64,000 nucleotides of DNA. Origin: Gammaproteobacteria bacterium (GTDB lineage Bacteria > Pseudomonadota > Gammaproteobacteria > Pseudomonadales > Azotimanducaceae). The translations under genes were made by a program, and so were the position numbers. Below, in pieces: positions 28,628-37,076 of the stretch (the first letter of the stretch is position 1; every line of letters begins with the position of its first letter). The DNA lies in contig JAXHLO010000022.1 in the NCBI GenBank assembly GCA_034522075.1, positions 59,104 to 123,103 on the forward strand. The letters run 5' to 3'. Under the pieces are notes generated by a model. That model saw only the letters and a program-made list of their open reading frames with translations. It ran no database searches and was not told the DNA's origin.

Positions 28628-30601
28628 TCAGCGCTTTGCCGCCCAACTGCCGCGCGCAAGCTTCACTACGGTGCTGACGTCTTCAGCCGGCACATCTTCT
28701 GGCGCACCTATCTCGAGCGGATCGTAGTGGAACACATAGAGCCGCGATACGAATTCAGCGACAGGCAGAGATGCCTCGCCATAGAGCTCACCATGGCCGT
28801 GTGTCGACGTTATGATCCCCTGGCCCCAGTTCTGACCACTGTCGTTATTGGGATTGAAAAAATAGACCCGCATGCGGCTCCCGGGGTCGAGTGCAAGACG
28901 CTGGATAGTGATGGCGTGCCAGCCAAGAAACCGGCTCGAACTGTCGGTGACGGCGATACCGGCAGGCTGCGGGCTGATAACGGGCAGATTGCCATTGTAA
29001 TAGGGGTGATAGCTGGCATAGAAATCTCTGACAAAGCCATCGAAGTCCTTCAGGCCGCCCGTGTAAACATCGACCGCAATGCGAAACCCCAGCCCGACGT
29101 GATCGCCGTGGAACTCGGCATTGACCCACTTGTGAGGATCTTCGCCGCGTCCCACGCTGCGGCGGCCCATCTCATAGTAGATACGATCGAGATGGGGCAC
29201 GGTAATCAGGGACACGGCATCCACATCGACCGGCGGCTCGGTCGCGAGGCCGGCGCTCAGCACGCTGGAGGAAATGCTCGACCCTTCGAAGCGCATGACG
29301 ACTTCATCGTCCCGTGCGGCCCAGGCGATGATACGCAGCAAGACATCGGGCTCATTGTAAGCCCACATCGAGATGGCGCGGGTCGACTGGCAGGTCGGGT
29401 AATTGCCCTGGCCGACGCCCAGCGGAAGTCCGAGCACATTGATCACGTCGGCCAGAAGATAGCACTCAGGAGAACGGACGGTTCCGAACACTTCGGTAAT
29501 CTTGTTCGCCGCCACAGCGCACAGCGGAAGCCTGATCTGGCGCCACAGCGATGGGGCCACCGGCGGCGAGAAAAGAACGCCTCGTTCGAGCAGCATAGCC
29601 AACCCATAGGCGGCCTGGCTGGTTTCGGGGAATACCGCTTCATCGATCAATCGGTGTATCAGCGCGGGATAGCAATCAAACGCTTCCGCTCCAGTGTGGC
29701 TCAGACCGAGCGCGGTGGGAATCAGTTCGTTCCAGCGGGTACGAAGGTGATGAATCAGAACCGGCAGATAGGGCGAAACAAGCCCGGTTCGGTGCATGGC
29801 CTGGGCAAAGGCAATGGCCTCCTGCAGCAGCGTGGCGTCATCCATCACCGCAAGACGCTCACGGTATATCTCGAACCCCGGATCCTCACGACAGCCCTCG
29901 CTCGGACTGAAAACCGAAGTGACCAACTCCTGCGCATCCGCCCCGGCTTCGCCTTCCAGCACATCCGGGCGGCTCATGCAGCCGGCGATCTGGGTCACCA
30001 TGTGCTTGATACCGTTCACCTGAACGGGACGCTGCTCAAGAATCCGCCAGACTTCAGCCACCAGATTCTCGAGCAGGTTCTCATAGCCCAGATGCTCGAG
30101 CAGATAGCGGTACAGGTTCTGAACGGCATAGCCGAGACGGTCTGGCCGTAGTCGATCCGCCTCCTGCAGCTCGCCCACCACGAGATCCAGGTTCATCGCC
30201 ATGACCTGAGCGAGGAAGTGCTGGGCATACTCGGCTGACAGGCTCGCGTGGGTGTAGTCTCCCTTGGCAACCGCGAGGATGCGAATCTCACTCAGAATTT
30301 CGACCTGTGAGGCGACCACCTCACCGTAACGTACGGTTCGTGCGGCGAATGCGGGGACCAGGGTTTGAGGGTAGTCCCAGTCACTGCCGCGAAAGAGGCC
30401 GGCATTCTCGAACGCAGGCACGCGCAGGTAGAGCTCACTGATTCCACCCGGCTCGAGCATCAGCGCCTGTGCCGGCTCGAGCACATCGAAAATTGCCGAT
30501 ACACCGCCATCGGCGTTGTCCGCGGCGAGCCGGTTGATGGCGCTATCGATTCGCTGCGTCAGTGTGCTCAGAATGTCGGGCTCATGTCCGTGAACGCTCA
30601 T
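28628..30601 (-). CDS. uncharacterised 657-aa protein, with a C-terminal half carrying a papain-like Gln/Cys/His/Asn constellation
   Basis: GQGNYPTCQS (Gln398, Cys404), GWHAITI (His562) and FFNPNND (Asn583). The N-terminal about 390 aa are helical with no motif I recognise. It lies directly upstream of the ATP-grasp gene on the same strand. Confidence 0.6.
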   Translation of the reverse strand: MSVHGHEPDILSTLTQRIDSAINRLAADNADGGVSAIFDVLEPAQALMLEPGGISELYLRVPAFENAGLFRGSDWDYPQTLVPAFAARTVRYGEVVASQVEILSEIRILAVAKGDYTHASLSAEYAQHFLAQVMAMNLDLVVGELQEADRLRPDRLGYAVQNLYRYLLEHLGYENLLENLVAEVWRILEQRPVQVNGIKHMVTQIAGCMSRPDVLEGEAGADAQELVTSVFSPSEGCREDPGFEIYRERLAVMDDATLLQEAIAFAQAMHRTGLVSPYLPVLIHHLRTRWNELIPTALGLSHTGAEAFDCYPALIHRLIDEAVFPETSQAAYGLAMLLERGVLFSPPVAPSLWRQIRLPLCAVAANKITEVFGTVRSPECYLLADVINVLGLPLGVGQGNYPTCQSTRAISMWAYNEPDVLLRIIAWAARDDEVVMRFEGSSISSSVLSAGLATEPPVDVDAVSLITVPHLDRIYYEMGRRSVGRGEDPHKWVNAEFHGDHVGLGFRIAVDVYTGGLKDFDGFVRDFYASYHPYYNGNLPVISPQPAGIAVTDSSSRFLGWHAITIQRLALDPGSRMRVYFFNPNNDSGQNWGQGIITSTHGHGELYGEASLPVAEFVSRLYVFHYDPLEIGAPEDVPAEDVSTVVKLARGSWAAKR

Positions 30602-30740
30602 GTGCTCCTCCTGGATCGTGCCAGGTTTTCAGTGATGCAGGGGCAGTCTAGGGGGTTAGTTGGGCGCCGTCATTCGTGGCGGAGAGGGAGGCGTAAGGGA
30701 TAGTCGACTGCCTTCGGCGTACTCCATCGCGCTCTTTTTT

Positions 30741-33700
30741 CTACCGCACGATCACGAGACGAGCATCGAACTCACCGCCCGGTGCCAGCTCCATGGTCAA
30801 TCTCAGGCCGCTCATGGACTGTCCACCGGGCCCGTCGCGCAACAAACCGTCCGGCCGCCACTCGCCAAGAAAGATGCCCTCGAACGCGTGGGACGGATCG
30901 CCGTCGTCGACTACTATTCGGCCGAGCTCGCCGCCGTCGTGCAGACCGGTGACAACGATGTGCATCCGCTGATCGCCTTCGCGCTGTCCGCGCGTGCCGC
31001 GAATCACAAAGGGCGGCAGCACGCCTGACGGCCAGTGCAACTCTGCGGTGTAGCGCACGGGTTGAAGCAACTGCCGTATCGCGGGGCTGTCCGCCTGCCG
31101 ATAGCGTTCGGCCTCGCCGGCCGACAACGGATGCCGGACGGCAACACTGAACGCGAACAGCGAATCCGCCTCACCTTGCGGGTAGGGGACAACGCGTGCG
31201 GTACCGGCAGCATCGAATGGCGGCGTTTGATCGGCCGCCGGCTCCAGAGGGTCTTCGGCCGTCGATCCGGCTAGTGCGTGCAACCCCAGCGCGGACGGCG
31301 ACTGTCCTGACGCGAATGCGTAGGTATTCTGAGGTGCTGCCTGAATCGACGTGGCCAGCCAGTTCAGCCCGACAGCCCGTTGATCGGTGCGGGTCTCGGC
31401 ACGCGCGGACAGCGAGCCTTCGGCAGCCGCGCCCTGTGCCTGTGCATCCGCCAAGGCGAACACCGGACCGGCGCCGGACAGCGCTTTGGCGTGCACCTGC
31501 AAGACGTTCCTCGTGAATCCCGCCGCACGCGATTCCGCGGCACCTGCTTCTGCATCGAGCCGAGCATCGCCCCCGCGCGCGTTGCTGTCGATCTGCAGAC
31601 GTGGGGCCTGCTCGGCCCGCACTGTCACCTCGCTGCTCGCAAAGCCACCGTTGGCGGGCAGAACGCCCTCCGGCCGTGCGCTGCCCGCTGCCGCATCACT
31701 CTGCACGGCGACATCTTCACTGGCCGCTGATTCGACGGTAACCCGGGACAGCGCATCGCCGCCGATACCGAACTGTTCCGCCCAGTCGATGCCCTCACTT
31801 CGCGCCGCGCCGTATTTTGCCGCATCTTCGCGGCTGAGCTCCACGCTGCCTTTCGCGCCGGGACCACCGGTCGATTCGACGCGGATATCGACTTTGCCTG
31901 CGCCGGCCGGTGCGGTTGCGGCCGCTTCGAGCAAGGCCGTGCCGCCGGCGCCACTGGCGTCGCCGGTGCCCGCCGCACCGCCCAGCGCCTCACCGCGCAG
32001 GATCAGCTCACCACCTGAATTGCTGCCCCCGAGGGTCACCCGCGCATCACCGCCGCCGCCTCCCTCGTGACCATCGCCACCTTTGCTTTCGGCCATCAGG
32101 TACAAGCGCTCACCGTCGTGCGAACGCTGCAGCCGGTTGCTCGCGTCGGCACCCTGGCCCGCGCGGGTATCGTTGTTGCCACCGGTTGCACGCTGCTCCA
32201 GTCGCAGCCTGCCACGCGTCTTGCCACCGACGACGTTGTCGATGTGGGCTTCAGATGGACGGCTGCCGGAACCAGCGCTGGACCGCACCCGGATCGTCAC
32301 ATCATCGTTATGCTTCGATTCGGCGAAGAAATCACCGAGTTCCGCGAGACCACCCGCGCCGCCCGCGCCGCCCCGACTGGTACCGCTGATGACGATCGGT
32401 CCAAGGCTGATCACCTTCGCCGCGGTTTTCGCTCTGCCGCCGGACGCTCCCCCGCTGCCGCCGTTCGCCGCCACATCGACGTTGATGCGCTCGAGGCCCT
32501 GGTGTGTGAAGTCCACGGTGGACTCGGCGCTTCCACCGCTGCTGCCCCGTCGACCGCTGCCCCCGCGCGCCACCTGCTGCAGGCTGGCCCGACCGGTCGT
32601 CCTGACAACGGCCGCGTTATTCAGCGTGATGGCGCCACCGCCACCGGCACCGCTGCCACCACCCGCATTGACGCGCACTTTAGCGTCACCGCCACCGGAT
32701 GAGATAGCCTGTGCCGATGCACTCGCACCGGCCCCGGCGCTGCCAGTCGCCTTGCCCCTGCCGCCGCCACCGCCGGACGCGCGCGCGCTCGCCTCGACGG
32801 AACCAGGACCCGAATTTCTGGCAATCGCGGTCGCAGATCCGGACCCGGCAGCGCCGCCCGAACCGCCGCTGCCACCGGTGCCGCCATCACCCCGCGCTGT
32901 GGCCTTGGCATCGCCGCGCACGGCCGTCGCAAAAGCATTGGCGCTACCCGAACCGCCGGCGCCGCCAATTCCGGCGTTCGAAGAACTGCCAACCCCACGC
33001 ACGGTACCGCCGCCACCACCTCGGGCAACCGCGTCAACACTGACGTCTCCATCGCCGGTCGTGCTCGCACGTGCCAGCGCAGTGGTAGGGCCACCGCGTC
33101 CGCCGTTGCCGTCCCTGACGGCACCGCCCCCGGCACCACCGCCGGCGCGGGCCGTGGCTTCGCTGTTGAAATTCAGGTTGGCGGATTCTGCGGTCGCCGA
33201 TGCGCTGGCCCCCGCGGCACCATTACCTGCCTTGCCATCGGCTCCGTCGCCAGCGCCGGTGCCTCCTGCCCCGCCGGCGCCACCGCCAGCACCCGCGGCA
33301 GTGGCGTGTGCCTCCGTTTTGACGGGATCACCGCTCGCAATACCTTGAGTCCAGTCGGTGATCGCAGTGGCCACGGCACTTTCGGCCGACCCGCCGTCCG
33401 CACCCTCGCCGCCTGCCGCGTCCTCGTCGTCTTCGCCCTCCGGGCTTCCCGGCCCACCGGAGCCGCCTTGTCCGCCAGAGGTACCACGGCCATCGGCAAC
33501 GGCACGGTTAACGGGATCGGCCGAGCGAGCGACTGCAGAGCCGATCTTGGCCGCAAAACCGGGCGAACCGCGCTCGCCTGGATCGCCCGCCTCACCGTCG
33601 GCACCATCCAGGCCGGGGACGCCTTCGCGGACGACCTCGCGCGCGTCGGCAGTCAACGCGACGGCCAGCGCTAACGCTGCAAGCCCGATCCAGGCAAGCC

Positions 33701-33746
33701 TTGGCAAACGGATGCGCCGCGGCGCGGGAATCTCTATTGCAGCCAT
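30741..33746 (-). CDS. 1001-aa secreted Gly/Ala-rich repeat protein with a short collagen-like segment
   Basis: Signal-like RRIRLPRLAWIGLAALALAVALTADA. Seven Gly-X-Y triplets follow (GVPGLDGADGEAGDPGERGSPG), then about 15 degenerate Gly-run/short-strand units and a non-repetitive C-terminal about 250 aa. Confidence 0.6.
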   Translation of the reverse strand: MAAIEIPAPRRIRLPRLAWIGLAALALAVALTADAREVVREGVPGLDGADGEAGDPGERGSPGFAAKIGSAVARSADPVNRAVADGRGTSGGQGGSGGPGSPEGEDDEDAAGGEGADGGSAESAVATAITDWTQGIASGDPVKTEAHATAAGAGGGAGGAGGTGAGDGADGKAGNGAAGASASATAESANLNFNSEATARAGGGAGGGAVRDGNGGRGGPTTALARASTTGDGDVSVDAVARGGGGGTVRGVGSSSNAGIGGAGGSGSANAFATAVRGDAKATARGDGGTGGSGGSGGAAGSGSATAIARNSGPGSVEASARASGGGGGRGKATGSAGAGASASAQAISSGGGDAKVRVNAGGGSGAGGGGAITLNNAAVVRTTGRASLQQVARGGSGRRGSSGGSAESTVDFTHQGLERINVDVAANGGSGGASGGRAKTAAKVISLGPIVISGTSRGGAGGAGGLAELGDFFAESKHNDDVTIRVRSSAGSGSRPSEAHIDNVVGGKTRGRLRLEQRATGGNNDTRAGQGADASNRLQRSHDGERLYLMAESKGGDGHEGGGGGDARVTLGGSNSGGELILRGEALGGAAGTGDASGAGGTALLEAAATAPAGAGKVDIRVESTGGPGAKGSVELSREDAAKYGAARSEGIDWAEQFGIGGDALSRVTVESAASEDVAVQSDAAAGSARPEGVLPANGGFASSEVTVRAEQAPRLQIDSNARGGDARLDAEAGAAESRAAGFTRNVLQVHAKALSGAGPVFALADAQAQGAAAEGSLSARAETRTDQRAVGLNWLATSIQAAPQNTYAFASGQSPSALGLHALAGSTAEDPLEPAADQTPPFDAAGTARVVPYPQGEADSLFAFSVAVRHPLSAGEAERYRQADSPAIRQLLQPVRYTAELHWPSGVLPPFVIRGTRGQREGDQRMHIVVTGLHDGGELGRIVVDDGDPSHAFEGIFLGEWRPDGLLRDGPGGQSMSGLRLTMELAPGGEFDARLVIVR

Positions 33747-33748
33747 AA

Positions 33749-33886
33749 CGAACGTCCGAATTGATAGGAACAGTGAGCCTGACTCAACTTACAGATACTG
33801 ACTGCAAGCTCGGATACTGGATAGGCGTTCCCTACTGGGGCAACGGATATTGTACGGAGGCGGTGGACGCTGTTGTTGATTTTTGA
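33749..33886 (+). pseudogene. 5'-truncated GNAT (RimJ/RimL-type) N-acetyltransferase remnant
   Basis: An open frame with no start codon reads LIGTVSLTQLTDTDCKLGYWIGVPYWGNGYCTEAVDAVVDF*, which is the acetyl-CoA-binding core (lGYwl...yWGkGyatEA). Weaker continuation in shifted frames runs to about 34000 (ENHPS...AMTFHSG). It begins 3 nt from the start codon of the 1001-aa gene. Confidence 0.5.
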
Positions 33887-34005
33887 CTCAAAGAATACGG
33901 GCTCCCGCTGGTTTACGCGAGGCACCTGAGAGAAAATCACCCTTCAGAAAGCGGGGATGCAATGACATTTCATTCGGGTACCGATCCAGAACTCAGGGAG
34001 ACACC

Positions 34006-34689
34006 ATGCTCGAAAAGATCGCAGGAAAACTCAAAGCTGCCGAGGATCAGGCCCGTCAGACAGAAGCCGGGATGGCCGAGCAATTCGACGACCCGATCGC
34101 CCGGAAAACCGGCTGGACGCGTCTTCATGGAGGCGGCTCCTCCGGCCGAACTCGCAAGCTATCCGAGAACTCGACCGGCCAAATCCGGGTAGTCAACACG
34201 CTGCGTGGCCTGATTCTTCCCATCGTTTTCGGACTTGCCGCGATCGCCCTGGTCACATTCGGGACCATCGATCTCTTCCGTTCGATGACCAGTGATGCTG
34301 TAGACATGTCGATCACGGGTTTCCTGGTCCTGCTGTTTGCCGCGGCATTCGTGTCATTGCCTGCGTATCTAACCCTCCGGCCCAAAGAGCGGCTGACCTT
34401 CGACAAGGCGTCAGGATATTTCTGGCGCGGCCGCAAACCGGCTTCACTCGGGGACAGCGATGAGGCACACCGTCTGGAGCGGATCAAGGGCTTGCAAATT
34501 CTTCCCAAGTACATTCAAAAAGTCAGTCAGGGCCGCAATGATAGCTACTGGAGCTACGAGTTCAATCTCATCCTCGACGACCATGAACGGATGCTGGTGA
34601 CCGACCACGGCGACCGCAGAGCCACTCGGGCCGATGCCGAAAAACTGGCCCGCATCCTGGACGTTCCGGTGTTCGAGGCCTCGCAATAG
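34006..34689 (+). CDS. hypothetical membrane protein (two TM helices)
   Basis: GGGAG lies before ATG 34006. MLEKIAGKLKAAEDQ..., with helices LILPIVFGLAAIALVTFGTI and ITGFLVLLFAAAFVSLPAYL. I recognise no family. Confidence 0.5.
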   Translation: MLEKIAGKLKAAEDQARQTEAGMAEQFDDPIARKTGWTRLHGGGSSGRTRKLSENSTGQIRVVNTLRGLILPIVFGLAAIALVTFGTIDLFRSMTSDAVDMSITGFLVLLFAAAFVSLPAYLTLRPKERLTFDKASGYFWRGRKPASLGDSDEAHRLERIKGLQILPKYIQKVSQGRNDSYWSYEFNLILDDHERMLVTDHGDRRATRADAEKLARILDVPVFEASQ

Positions 34690-34751
34690 TCAGGCTCTCG
34701 GCTGCTACCAAGTACAGGTTTGCAGGTAAGTGGGTATTCCTCGCTGCTCTC

Positions 34752-34860
34752 GTGCCACGCCCTCGGGTCAATCTCACCCGTTATCACGGCGTCTTCGCCC
34801 CGAACTCGCCCATGCGCCGCGCGATCGTGCCAGCACCGGCACGCGTTCGGCGGCAAAAGC
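34752..34860 (+). mobile_element. IS91-family transposase C-terminal scrap
   Basis: PRPRVNLTRYHGVFAPNSPMRRAIVPAP matches the conserved ...R.HGVFAPNS..R..v.P block near the C-terminus of IS91/IS801 transposases. Nothing else of the gene is present. Confidence 0.5.
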
Positions 34861-35133
34861 CCAAAGACTCAGCCACTGCGCAGGCAACCCGGCAACACCC
34901 CGCAGATTCTTCCACCGACCGAGCCGAGCACCACCACACCCCCTCCCGATCTGTTCGCCAAACGCCGATAAGTCTCAGGCAAAGGCACCTCCGGCGCTAA
35001 CCCGGAAAACGACCCGTTGTTCTTCCTATTCGCCCCCGACTTCGCAATTCCCCCCACCACGTGTCCGCCAAAATCCCGCATCCGAATGAGCAGTCCGCTC
35101 GATCCGTCCGTTCACGTCCAGAACCAATCCAGT

Positions 35134-35667
35134 TCAGATCGGATACCCTCGACGGCAATACAAACTAACTCCGGAGCAAAGCCCCGCTGAAACTCCTCGT
35201 ATAAACGCCACCAATTGCCAACCTGAATGCATCGCCTGTTCCGGAGGGGTTGGTGACGGGCGTGACCACGTAGACAGCGACGACACACAGTTGGCGGAGA
35301 GGGAGGGATTACCGCCGCCGCTACGCGGCGACGTTCTCTTCAGCTCACGCTTCGCGTGAGCCTTACCGGAAATGGCGGTGGCCAGTATGGCGTTGTCGTC
35401 GGGGTCTGGCGATAACTCCACCGTCGGCAGTTCTTGCAGCACGGTTGCCTGGCGCCGCAATCCGTTCACCAGCGTGCCCGCTTCGGCGGGTCTGAGGTAC
35501 TTGGTCAGTTTCTGATAGCGGGAAACACGGCGGAGCTCTTCGAGTTGGGACTCAGAGGTGATCAGTTCAAAGGCCTTCTTGCGCCAAGCCCGGTAGATCA
35601 AATCGGGCGGCGTACCAGAAGTGATCAATGCGGCAAGCAGGATTCCAGTGTCAAGAACAACCCGCAA
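35134..35667 (-). pseudogene. PIN-domain toxin (TIGR00305-like) interrupted by a 72-nt repeat element
   Basis: MRVVLDTGILLAALITSGTPPDLIYRAWRKKAFELITSESQLEELRRVSRYQKL...SPDPDDNAILATAISGK is a normal PIN N-terminal two thirds. The reading frame then runs into the repeat at 35291-35362. Expected ADYLVTGD...EF-like pieces (AVYVVT, GHARHQPL, WWRLYEEF) appear downstream only in shifted frames. Confidence 0.55.
35289..35362 (-). repeat. tRNA-Ser 3'-end mimic (22 nt) plus one 52-nt double-hairpin unit
   Basis: AGTTGGCGGAGAGGGAGGGATT is identical to 63048-63069 (the tRNA 3' end plus 3 nt). It is followed by ACCGCCGCCGCTACGCGGCGACGTTCTCTTCAGCTCACGCTTCGCGTGAGCC. That tail is 50/52 identical to 62919-62970, and both differences fall in hairpin loops. 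Confidence 0.8.
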
Positions 35668-35672
35668 AACTG

Positions 35673-35900
35673 TTAGCCGTTGGCCAAAGCTTCGTTGATC
35701 GCCTCTAAGATGTCATCCTGCCGATAATCCCGGTTGCGCTGCTTCACGTCCTGAACCGTTAGTTCGAACAGGCGCGCCTGGACCGCCTCTTCCACGAACT
35801 GGGAGAGATCACCCTTTTTCGTACCACGCCGGCCCAAGTAAGCCCGCAGGCTCTTGTCCACGTCGCCCCGCACGACGATCGACCATCGAACCGTGCTCAT
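35673..35900 (-). CDS. ribbon-helix-helix antitoxin (XACb0070-like) paired with the PIN gene
   Basis: MSTVRWSIVVRGDVDKSLRAYLGRRGTKKGDLSQFVEEAVQARLFEL... has a 4-nt gap to the PIN start. It matches my memory of RHH antitoxins beginning MSTVRWNISV. Confidence 0.6.
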   Translation of the reverse strand: MSTVRWSIVVRGDVDKSLRAYLGRRGTKKGDLSQFVEEAVQARLFELTVQDVKQRNRDYRQDDILEAINEALANG

Positions 35901-36124
35901 TTGTGTTCTCCGAGGGAATTTCCCGATCACAATCTACGCTTATCCGCATAAACGTACAAGCGTATAGGCATTTAACCGACGTTTTCGGCGGCTTTTAGCA
36001 GATAGTCTCGCCCGATCAGCGGCGGCACCCAACATCAGGTGGTTGATGAATGTCTTCATGGATGTCATCCCACTCCAGGGACCTAATCGTACTGAACGGT
36101 CAGTTTTCGCTATAGTTCCACAGC

Positions 36125-36940
36125 ATGTTGATCAGCAACACAGGTTCAGACGGAGTGAGAGTGCAACAGATCGGCGCCCCGCTCGGCGCCGTCGCCGACG
36201 GCGTCGATGTGCGCGGGTTGAGCGAGGCGCAATTCGCGGAGGTGCAGGCGCTGTTTCAACGCCATCACGTGCTCGTCTTCCGCGGCCAGACCCTCACTCC
36301 AGAGGAGCAGCTCATCTTCGGGCGGCGCTGGGGCAAGCTGGTGCGACACCCCTACGCGGGCATGAAGGCTTACCCCGACATCATCGAGCTGAAGAATCCC
36401 GGTAAGGCCAGGGATATCAATCAGCACTGGCATTCGGATATGACCTACAACCCGGCCCCGCCGAAGCTGACCATGCTCTACGCCCTGGAGGCGCCCGACA
36501 TCGGCGGCGATACAGCCTTCGCCAATCAGGCGCTGGCCTATGCGGAACTCTCTGAAGGCTTGCGCCGGGTGGTGGATTCCCTGCGGGCGGTGCACTCTGC
36601 CGAAGGCCTGGCTGGCCGGTACGGGGCAGACCCGGCCGAGGCACCGCGCGCCGAGCATCCGGTGGTGCGCACCCACGACGAAACCGGCCAGCGTGCGCTT
36701 TACGTCTGCCGTGCCTTCACCCGCCGCTTCGTGGGCTGGACGCGGGAGGAAAGCGCCGGGCTGCTGGAGTACCTGTTCAACCACAGCGTGCGCCCCGAGT
36801 TCCAGGCCCGGCACGCGTGGCGCCCGGGCGACCTGGTGCTGTGGGACAACCGCTGCCTGCTGCACTTCGCCGTGCACGATCACGGCGATGCAGCGCGGCG
36901 GATTCATCGCCTGCAGGTGTCGGGCCCGGTGCCCGCCTGA
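36125..36940 (+). CDS. TauD/TfdA-family Fe(II)/2-oxoglutarate dioxygenase
   Basis: NQHWHSDMTY (HxD iron motif), ...DTAFANQ..., and WRPGDLVLWDNRCLLHFAVHDH (distal His and Arg region). Confidence 0.85.
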   Translation: MLISNTGSDGVRVQQIGAPLGAVADGVDVRGLSEAQFAEVQALFQRHHVLVFRGQTLTPEEQLIFGRRWGKLVRHPYAGMKAYPDIIELKNPGKARDINQHWHSDMTYNPAPPKLTMLYALEAPDIGGDTAFANQALAYAELSEGLRRVVDSLRAVHSAEGLAGRYGADPAEAPRAEHPVVRTHDETGQRALYVCRAFTRRFVGWTREESAGLLEYLFNHSVRPEFQARHAWRPGDLVLWDNRCLLHFAVHDHGDAARRIHRLQVSGPVPA

Positions 36941-37076
36941 GCGGACTCGAGAGATCACACCGCCGGATGATCGAGTCCGCTGCCCACCTGGTGGATCACA
37001 TGCTGCCGCAACAGCCCATTCGGCAGTGGGTGCTTGAATGATCCATGCGCTGGAGCTCGGTCGTAACGCTGGGCGT

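Noticed and set aside
32083-33348. 421-aa Pro/Ala-rich plus-strand ORF inside the Gly-rich gene, and the possibility that the repetitive DNA is a CRISPR or VNTR array.
   Set aside because: It has no signal peptide and no non-repetitive domains, and it mirrors the GGN-rich codons of the minus-strand gene. The DNA has no constant-length identical repeats separated by unique spacers, so it is not CRISPR-like.
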